Positions 54,584-64,000 of a stretch of DNA of 64,000 bases are shown piece after piece; within the stretch, counting starts at the first letter, position 1; every line of letters starts with the position of its first letter. The DNA comes from Lytechinus pictus (Eukaryota): contig NC_087245.1 of NCBI RefSeq assembly GCF_037042905.1, forward strand, positions 11,658,001-11,722,000. Reading direction: 5' to 3'. A program made the position numbers and the translations under genes. The notes under the pieces are model-generated. The model was not told the DNA's origin and searched no databases. It worked only from the letters and a program-made list of their open reading frames with translations.

Positions 54584-55545
54584 AATTAATTTTTCTTATT
54601 CCACAGGTTTGGTATTTTGGGGGGGACTGCCAGAGGCATTCCACTTGTTTAATATTATGTCTTCGGAATGATTTGCAGATTTTACAGTTTACTTTGAATG
54701 ATTACAAAATTTATCATGTTATTAATATAAGCAGATAAAAGTGGATAGAAAGAAGAATGGCAGAGCTACATGTGTACATGTTTTCCTTAAAAAGGTGTAA
54801 ATTGAAATTGTGATCAAGTTTCCAGAAAGTAGAGAAACTTAAGATGCATTTAGAATGCCGAAATGAGTTTCCAGCATGAAATTGATTGGAGTAGACAACT
54901 TTCATAAAATAACTTGATACCAAATACCAAAAGAAAGTTTTGGGAGCTAGAGAGAGCAACCCTTGAGACCCCGTGGTAACAAAGGCCAAAAAAAAAATCC
55001 TTGTTTTCACAAACTCTGGCCTGAGCTTCCCAAGGCGTAATCCCACCAACTCGATGTTTGAAAATACCAGGTATTCTTTGATCTGGAAATTTACCCTGAT
55101 CTACCCCAATCAGAAAAAATGAGGATTTTTTTACCGTGTAAATTCAAAATATATGTATTATTCCCAAAAGAAAATATCTGCTTTAATAATTAGGTACATG
55201 TCTTTTGAAATTACAAGAACTTTGACAGGGATTTTTTCCAAGGTCACAGGTATTCTAGCAGTAAAGCAATTTACAAGAACTTCTACTTTCTTAACCCAGC
55301 AAGTAGATGAACATGGACGCCATGGGATGCTGAGCTAGCGTCCTAGTTATTTTGAATATCGTGCCTCGCGTGCTAATAAGACCAGACTGCAGTATTTTTG
55401 TAAATTCAAGAACCTTTACCAAAAGAGTCTCCATCTGGTCGATTTTGAGGCCTAAACAAGTTCTCTTAAATTTCTGGGTTTTCTTGTGAAAACTGGTCTA
55501 AATAAGTCTACAAGTTGTGTTTGTCTGGCCAATCAATCTCACAGG

Positions 55546-55910
55546 CACTAGCGTATCGAAGGGGGGGGGGCAGGGGGACAGACTGTCCCCCTGACGAGTC
55601 ACAACTCATGCAGGGGACGTATCCCTGCCCCCCTGACGAGTCACAACTGATACAGGGGACGTGCCCCCCCCCCCCCCCCTTTTAACCTGAAGCCTTTTTT
55701 TTTTTTGATTGTCAATTTTTTTTTTCTGGTAAGAAATCTTTTTTTTTTGGTTGAAGACCTTTTTATTTGCTTGTCAAATTTTTTTGTGGTAAGAAATCCT
55801 TTATTTGTGGTTGAAGACCTTTTTTTTTTTTGCTTGTCAATTTTTTTTGCGGACGAAATATCCTCCAAAAAATTTGCCCCCCCTTCTGGAAAATCCTAGG
55901 TACGCCAGTG
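55546..55910. mobile_element. hAT-type MITE
   Basis: TIR cactagcgta / tacgccagtg; perfect 8-bp TSD ctcacagg (55538-55545, 55911-55918); internal direct repeats. Confidence 0.8.
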
Positions 55911-57058
55911 CTCACAGGCACAGAGTATTCTTCTGTTCAGTGATATAGAGAAAATAACAATGTTTCTCCTGTCTGAAATTTCTGACAGCTTCATGTACTT
56001 CCCATGAACTTCAACCTTGAAAAAGGTTTGATAGGAAACAAGTGATCTTGAATACATACAGTACATGTACTACTTTACCTGTTGCAATGAGCCTTTGAAA
56101 CCCCAGATTTTTTTTTTTTGCTGAAATTTCTATTTTCACTTTCATGTATTTTGTACGTAAGAAACACTTGACATAACATTTTGTTTTACGTAAAACAACA
56201 ATTATTTTTCTTGTTTATAAAATGACAAACTTTCATTTTGCAGTAACAAAAACTGTTTTTGTTTTCTTATCCTGTACTTCTTTGTGATAATTCTTGGTAG
56301 ACCTATCAATCAAATTCAAATTGAATGAATTGAAAATGGTGGATGTGACCATCTCAGACAATGGGGCAATTATGGGGCATAATGTTATTTTCTTTACTTC
56401 AATAATCGTGATGTATTTATCTACTTTTGCTAGTTCATGTTTGATGTACACAGATTTTTGCGCGATAACGCCATTTGCAAGCGAACTCGTGTTAACTTCC
56501 GCTCACCTATATCATGCTAGCACCATGTTAAACCTTATCTTCGTTTCTTTGCCCTTGCGGAGTTGAGACGTCACTAAGAAAGTCTCTTCTTGAAAGCGCT
56601 AAGTACACTTCCAAAATACGTTTTTAGGTCATATTTTGTTGCTTCTTTGCAACCAGTTTCAAAGCCAATCCTTTTCACTTCGGTACTGGATGGTTTGGCT
56701 TGTTTTCTTTTCTCTGAGTGACTTTTAAGCAATTTTCTTAATTGCTTCTTCCTTTTCTATCCCAGTGTACTATTTTTGTACACGGTGCCTATGCGAGGTC
56801 TTCTTCCTCCCATAGCTCCCCACGCTCTCTCTTGCGTGATAGCTCTTTGTTCGACTCCTGGTCTTAATTTATTCTCGTCTTTTGTTACGCAAATATTTTC
56901 TCCTTTGCTTCACAGCCGGAGTTTTGGGCGCCTCCTATTCTCTTAGGTTCGAAACATGAATTCTTCCTCTGCTTTCCTTTTTAGATTGCAGCAGGGCTTA
57001 AATTCTTTTAAAACAGTCTCCCTTTTATAGGTTTTTAGACTTGGTTTCGCTCCTTTTA

Positions 57059-57520
57059 TACCCGACTTAGATCTCCCTCTCTCTCATGTCATAGTAGACA
57101 ATCGTCTGGAGAGAACATGGCATGAATATCCTTATCAAAAAGGGGCGGCTCAGATCATTTGTGGTAATCGTGATGTTCTTCGTCTCCCTTTGAACTCGCG
57201 AATTGCGATGTCATGGCAAAACGTCAATCAAGGGAGAAAGCGTGCGCTGCACAACGATCAAAGCCATGTGCTCAGTTAAAGGACTTTGTTTTCTATGCCG
57301 TGTTTACGCCGTGACCGTTTAGATCTACAGTCCAACAGTTGATCACGCCGTGTGATCTTGCGATTGTGCTAGACTGTCTAGGGTGTATTTTCCGTCACGA
57401 TTACCTCAGATTCGTACTTTGTCCTTTGTGCCGAGACCGTTAAGATCTAACGACTCGTCTAGAACGACCTGCGGTAACCTCCAGAGGCACTCTAGATTTT
57501 TGGCATATTTAAACAGGGTA
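57059..57520. mobile_element. Insertion in DIRS copy B (MITE-like)
   Basis: Absent from copy A at ~44490; weak termini tacccgacttagat / atttaaacagggta. Confidence 0.55.
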
Positions 57521-58997
57521 TTAGAGGCTCTTTATTATTAAGCCTCTTCTGGCTTGATGGATTATTTAATTAAATTAGTTTATAATCCTTGCCTCTCTTG
57601 TTCTTGTTTAACCAATTATATTAATTATAATCCATTGTCTGTCTTATTAAGTAGCTCATTTTTTCAGTGTTATTTAATTACCTAGAAGAACAGAACAAAA
57701 TGAATTCATTTCTCATTTGTTTTCTGTTACAGCACCTAGGGGTCCATGGGTGTCCCCCCCTTTTTCTCTCCCTACATATATTTGTTCTTTTCAGACAAAC
57801 AACAAGGAGAGGATGAGCTCTGACTCATCTTCAGGCAAGCACATCGGGAGGGGAAACCCGAATCCTTGGCGTCTTCCCCAGGTCTGCCCAACCCACCAGT
57901 CATCGGGTCACTGGGCCGGGGAGAGATCGCTGCTCTCTCCCCGGCATTAAAATTGACTAGGCTCGATGCCCTTGTTACTCCTGTACCTCGGGTGTAGGCA
58001 AAGGGCGGTCAGACCCTAGTCGTAAGAGGTGCGTTGACTCGACTGAGTCGGCTTTTCGCAGAACACCTCACAGGTCGCATCCGCCTGTGTCCCAGCACAC
58101 CATAGTGATTGGCCAGGCGTAGAAAACTTTTCCACGCAGAGGGAAGCTGCCAGTGTTACTCACGTTTCACTGGCGCCCAGGCCTGCACAGTGGGTGTATC
58201 CCCCTGGGTACCCGGTTTTCAGGCACTGCTTATGGCAGAGTTGAAAGATTGGGGGAGCGTTCCATCAATTACTTGCCCGATAAGTTATTAGTTCTGACTT
58301 TTCGCCTTGATTCTGTTTGGCTGAGAATCACTGTAACTTTCTGATAGAACGGGATTGGTTGAATAGCATCCGACATTCCTTTCATGAAACACCCCCAGAT
58401 GTCCATTACGAGCAGATACCCCTGTGTCTAACGGCCTTTTTTTTAGCTCGCCCTCCGTCACAGAGCCCCTGTCTCTGATAGTATACTCTTAATGAATCTA
58501 TGCTGACCATTGTCAGCACATTCTATATACAATCCGAGAAGCACTTGTTTGGGAGAGCGATTGCTTCTCTCCCCAAGGAGGAGATTGAGGGTAAAAAACA
58601 TCTTACCTGGCTGGAACGGAATTAATATTCCACTACCACCGCTACCTGCTGGGGTGCATATAACCCTATTGTCACAGGTTTTTCTGGGCGCCCGCTCGAG
58701 CCATCATCCCCCTATTTGTGGGACGCGGCCTAAGCTCCATAACCACAATTAGCTGGTTGGAGTTTCAGGACGTCATTACTCTTATTCGCTACCCTTACGT
58801 TGTACATCAAAGTGTGACTCCACCTCCTCCAGGTGTTCATGAGATCTGAGGGTTCGTCCCCATCGACTCTAGCCCCGTTTGCTCGGCGGCTTGGGCTGCT
58901 GGATGGATGGATGTGTTATGTAACACTTCTAATCAAATCCCCTTTTAGGGGCAAAGAGCCTGGAATCTGTCCTACCCTTTTCCCCACACCTTCTAGG

Positions 58998-59170
58998 CAT
59001 GGGCTGCGGAAGCGGGGGGTCTGGGAGGGCTTCAGCCCCCCCACTTTTTTCCAAAAGCATGTACAAAAACGTAAAAATGGCCATATGATTGTGATTTTTT
59101 GCATGGTCAGCCCCCCCCCCCTCCACTTTTTGCTCAGCACCCCACTTTTAAAACTGGTCCGCGGCCCCTG
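58998..59170. mobile_element. Small hAT-like insertion in DIRS copy B
   Basis: catgggctgcggaa...tccgcggcccctg; absent from copy A; ctagg on both flanks. Confidence 0.55.
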
Positions 59171-59789
59171 CTAGGGTGCGATGGAGGAGAAAAACAAGGC
59201 ATACCTTCCCCAATCTTAAGGGTAGTGCCTTTTCACAGGGCTGGATGGAAATACTTTACAGTACTGATTCTTCATTGACTGCGCATCAAATAGATGGTTC
59301 CGAGACCCTGGAGAAGCGATGCTTATAAAAGGGGTCACCACGATACATTAATACATTACAAATAAAAAGCACAGTGGCGGGTTGGGGCTTATTATAGGAG
59401 AGTAGTCACCTGACTTCCCTTAGTGTACTTCGTCCCTGTGGGGGCTTTCACTCCACCCTAGATGGCTTAACTCATTGTAGTTTTTGCCTCTTTCGGCGAG
59501 AATTTTTTTTTTACCACAGACCGATCGGGATGGAGCACACCCGAGTGTTGCTTCTTTTGGGTGTGTCATGAGGGAGGCTTTCACACTCTCCTGTCGTAAA
59601 TTCTTCACCTTTTACACAACGTGTTCTTGGGTGTAGGAATTTGTGCACAGATCTCGCTGCTTTCAAGCACAGCCAGACCTGAGCCTCCCCAGGCCGCGAG
59701 CATCCCGTTGTGCTACACTTTGGAGGCTTTCACACCACCCCAGTATTATACTCTTCCCCTCGGCACTAAGTGCTCTACAGGAGAACGAT

Positions 59790-60290
59790 ACCTTTGGCTC
59801 GTTGTTCCAATCTAGAATTTATTCTAAATTGTTGAAGCACTTGTCCCAAGCGCCCTCCAAGGAGGAAACTTGCGCATTTTTCGAGTCTCTCTAAAAAAAT
59901 TTCGCCTTAGCATATTCTCCGTTTGAGCCTAGTTTAGGCCTTCTTGATCACATTACGTTGCGTGCTTATGTTTTAGGTGGGAGAGGCGTAGTATCCGGCC
60001 AATTCCGAAACCTCCTTTCTTGGCCAAGAATTACACAACCCTAGATCTGTCTTTATCCGGGTGTTCGAGTGGTTTCTTGAAATGACATAGTATGTTCGCT
60101 TATTCGAACATCTCTTGTATTCTTGCGCGCTTTTTGCCTTTCCCGCTTCTTCGCTTTGGATCGTTTTGGCGATCAAAGCGATGGGCGCAGGTGCGTTGTT
60201 TTTCATGTGAGGCCGGAGGCTCTCAGTACTAGAAGTATCAACTCATCTTGAGCACTCTTCTTCAAGGTGTTCTCCTTGACGACTTACAAC
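59790..60290 (+). pseudogene. Decayed DIRS tyrosine recombinase C-terminal region
   Basis: Motifs in expected order across frameshifts: VP(W->stop)NL, FLAKN, S(R->L)WIV.AI, A(H->L)STR..SS(W->stop)ALF. Confidence 0.7.
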
Positions 60291-60814
60291 GCCTCTGGCG
60301 TTTTGCCTTTTCCTTACGTAAGGAAAATTCCTGGGCTGAGGAGAGTTTGAGCCCTCAGCCTTGAAAGCAACAGCCTCCTCATCTCCATCTCCCTTGAACT
60401 TAGTTTAATATTTCCTTTTGTGACATGCTTCCCACGGTTATCCGTGCCAGTCTAGCAAAAGTAAATGGATACATCACGATTATTGAAGTAAATCATGAAA
60501 ATACTTACCCGATTTTCTTATGTATGAGATAATCGGATGTATCCATCTACTATCCCACCCTTTGTCCCTCGCCTTGCATGGCAACATGTCTTTTTTGTGA
60601 GTGCACAAAGAAGATGTTAAACGTGCATGCTAACATGATATAGGTGTGAGCGGAAGTAGATATGGGTTCGCCAGGTGATGGCGCTATTGGGCACAAATCT
60701 GTGTACATATATATTCGAGGGCAGTCCATGAAACATGAACTAGCAAAAGTAGATGGATACATCCAATTATCTCGTAAATCAGAAAATCAGGTAAATATTT
60801 TCATATTTAATGAA

Positions 60815-61237
60815 GAAATTATTCTAATGAATATGCAGTGAGTAAAATGATGTCATGTCCCAACTTATTCTTTTGTATTTTTCATATTCATGTTAATACA
60901 AATTGTATCCTCCAAGAATGTAAAAATATAATTGACTTCTGGTTATTTGCAAGATGATCATTGCTGAAAACTAATTTGTTACACTAGAGACATTTTTTAG
61001 TTTGAAAATATGAAATAATTATTATTTTATGTCACAAAATAAGAATCTATGATAATAGGAAGTGATGACATAATCAGCTCACATAAGACGCATGCATAAC
61101 TGCTTTCACAAAATATTGCTAAACTTTCAAAATTCAATAACTTGATTATGATAGATTTATGAAATTTTCAGCATTTTGATTATCTAATTTTAATTTATTT
61201 GTATTGATAATATTTTCAGCCTGGGGGTTCCCCTTCA
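60815..61237. mobile_element. Partial TTAA-type element related to 4776-5359
   Basis: Shares aatattgctaaactt...aaataactt and ends ttttcagcctgggggttcccttcaa; left end not found. Confidence 0.5.
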
Positions 61238-64000
61238 AGTCACAGTTTTAATCTACATCTTGTATTATATGTTTGCATGATTTGTGTGCCTACTTGAAGT
61301 GTTAATAGAAAAAAAAATCTTCAGGGGCTTATTTATCAAAACTGACATTTTTAAATGAAAAATGTCAGCAAAGTATATGTTTTACCAGAACAGTCATTTA
61401 TGTCTACTTGAACTTTATCACTAGTAACTACATGTAGTAACAATCAAGAAATATTAATGCAGTAATTATGTCACAAAAAAAGAAAGGTCAATATTTGTCT
61501 TTTATTTTGATACTCCCACTTGGAGGGTCCTTGCAAATATTGCTACAAAACCCATACTCACTGGCCGTGCAGTCAATGGGCAAAAGCAGGAAGAAGTCTT
61601 GTCAATTGTGATTTCCCCCATAACAGTCCTGATTTTGAGATGCAGGAAAGACAATTTTCTTTTGATGCCGTCATGTCTCATGAAATTTAATTCAGGTTAA
61701 TGGTCTGAATTGTGAAAAAGCTGTCTCAAATTAATTGAGGATGATAAATACTTGTCAGGCTGCTTATGCTGCCTGTATAGATAATACATTTGAATCACCA
61801 GAATGATAACAGATTGACTTGGTTCTGCTGAGAAGAAAGAGCACATTAGGATTGCATTAATACATTGTTCACTGCAAGGTATAGCATTATAAGTTTAATA
61901 GCGCAAAATCAGAAATAGAATTAGAAGCTCCCATATAAAGGAACTATATCTAGGTACTTTACTTCATATTGATCATCAGGCTCCGGGGCATAACACAAAT
62001 GTTAGTGATTAATCGTACGCTTGATTATCACAATTGAATTTGAATGTACATTTTAGTCAATGCAATCAAAAAAAAAAAAAAAAGTTCTACGATCACTGCT
62101 AAGCTACTTGTGTTGCAGCCCCCTGCAGTCTGGAAAGAATTTGTTTGATTTAGTGTGACCTATGAAATTCTTTCATTCCCTGCCTAGATCGAGGGCAAGT
62201 TTTATAGGGATCACTGATAAACTGTTGGGGTGGGCCGTACAGTATATTTTAAGCTTTTATTATAAAAACCAACCTGACATCAGCTAGACGAAGCCGATCG
62301 ATTGCAGCCTAAAAGCAGGCTTGGGCGATTGGATGAGGAGTCTGCCCTCCACCTTCTCTATCACCATGGCTTGCAGGCCCTCGGTCCGATTCTGAGCAGC
62401 GATAGCTTGCACGCAGCTGCATACGCGGCGCAGTGAATCAAATAGCCGAGCTATCCCAATTTGTTCAGTTCAATATCGCTGGTCCTAAATATGAAGATTA
62501 TAATGCGTGCAGTCCAGAGAAAGCGAATTGCTCACAAATATGTGAATTACTCCTGGCTGGTCACTTTAGATATGGATTTTACATTTGCAGAAGTGTATTG
62601 AAATATATGTACCTTGGGTTAACATTTCATACCCACGTTGTACCAGTAATCCAAGTTATCTCATTTCCAAGTAAGTTAGTAGGCCTATATTGTCTCTATC
62701 GGGATATGGGTTTCCTGTTTGGTATGGATACAGTTGTAGAATTCATTAGAACATATAAGTGGTAGTCTCCGGGGTAGTCTGTAATGATGAAACATGCTGA
62801 GAAAACGTGATGGTATGGTATTGAGTACAAATGTTATGTATGCACGTGTTAGCTTCATAATGTGGTGCAGCACCATCCTGAGTTTGCTCAATCTCAAGAT
62901 TTTAGCCCGATCGGCCCTCTTCGCGATTAATCTCGTGATTTAAGAAACCCTGTCTCCACCAGCAGAAGATGAGCAATTCGTGCTCGAGCAATGATGTATG
63001 ATGTAACGCTATGAATAAATAATCTTGAGTGCATCTGCACCTGCGAATTAGCGGGATAATTCGTAAATAGCACGCTATTTTCCAGATAATCCTAAGTTGA
63101 CTTGGGATTGCAATCTCGAGATTAATCCAGCGAACCCTCCCAATGATTGCGTTTCCATTACAAATAATGTCGAGATTGTTCAGATCTGGATAATTTGCCG
63201 GATCAGAAATAGTGCTCTAATTTGAAAACTATAGTAGTCAGTACATTAATAATATGTATTTTGCTATCTACTATTTGTTAGTTTCAATTCAATTCATTGA
63301 AGCAAAGTACTAGTACTTAATACTAGAGCAGTGACTATTGAAACATATTTACCATAGCCCTTTATGTTTTACTTGGACATCAGCAATACACTGTCCTGCC
63401 AAGTTACCATAAACAAAAAACAGAATATTAGTAGGGCTGTCACATTTTTATGTCATATTTTTATGTCATATAGGGTGCGTTTATGCACCCCCCTTTGTTT
63501 AGATCCCAGAATCATGATGTGAATCATGAATAGAAACACATTTCTGCAGAATCACGGTTGTGTTTAGTCAAAAGTAAGCATATTTCAAATTGCAAATGAA
63601 TAACAGAAAAGGAGTGTTTAGAAAAACGTTTCTACTTTCTGCAGAATCATTTTCGAAAATGGTTGCATAAACATAAACAATGATTTGATTTATGATTCTA
63701 TGACGTCATTATGTCGGTCAACTTCTGTGTTCATGTCATACTTCGCGGTGCCAATGGTATTCTTCGCTTGCGCTTCACACAGTAGCCGTACACATTTATT
63801 GAAAATCAATGTTGTGTATCTTTTGCAATTACATGTACATGTAAACCCACATTGAAGTTGACCTATAATTTTTGCGTCAAACTGTGCACTACGATGAGCA
63901 CTGGGTAGGATTGAAATGAGGGAGAAACAACGTTGGAGAGGGCCTGGTTTGATTCTGCAGTAACCATGATTTAGGTTTGTGTTTTGAATCATGGTTCATG

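Larger units (their letters stand above)
56393..60804 (+). mobile_element. DIRS1-like tyrosine-recombinase retroelement, copy B (both termini and ICR present, ORFs decayed)
   Basis: Left ITR ~56393-56550; right ITR ~60605-60762 plus extension to 60804; ICR 60452-60551 complementary to left terminus then right extension; YR remnants VPI*NL..LKHLSQAP, PKPPFLAKN (60005-60031), SLWIVLAIK (60151), EALSTRSINSS*ALF (60216). Confidence 0.85.

Noticed and set aside
43886..60804. One 17-kb element bounded by inverted repeats at 43886 and 60762
   Set aside because: Better explained as two separate DIRS copies; the right ITR pairs with its own left ITR at 56393 and the interval holds unrelated repeats.
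43265..64000. FLVCR exon 3 (expected F.EKP.TPPS-like); acceptor-like site at ~54607
   Set aside because: No matching coding sequence seen; the 54607 site leads into a HINE 3'-end fragment.

Overview
Eukaryotic, AT-rich, repeat-dense animal genomic DNA; the repeat families and abundant TACATGTA palindrome suggest a sea urchin or similar marine invertebrate (inference). Two + strand spliced genes are partly present: (1) the last three coding exons of a UBE2E-class ubiquitin-conjugating enzyme (21446-21578, 24870-25017, 26855-26952), with its 5' exons apparently upstream of the window; (2) the first two coding exons of an FLVCR/SLC49A MFS transporter (39425-40213, 42558-42690), with the rest beyond the window. 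Almost everything else is intron/intergenic DNA packed with non-autonomous transposons: PIF/Harbinger-, Tc1/mariner-, hAT- and TTAA(Kolobok/piggyBac)-type MITEs, Helentron-type (HINE) elements with internal tandem repeats, SINEs and a decayed Harbinger transposase. Most notable: two decayed DIRS1-like tyrosine-recombinase retroelements in FLVCR intron 2 (one keeps the complete ITR/ICR/right-extension architecture; both share the same coding lesions, suggesting a non-autonomous DIRS family); a young 2.2-kb foldback element with an 8-bp TSD; a 334-bp tandem duplication copying the FLVCR exon-2 donor; arrays of perfect DR1 nuclear-receptor motifs carried by HINEs; and strong, gene-body-biased enrichment of TACATGTA. 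No CRISPR, rRNA or bona fide tRNA genes seen. All calls are by eye; no database searches were run.
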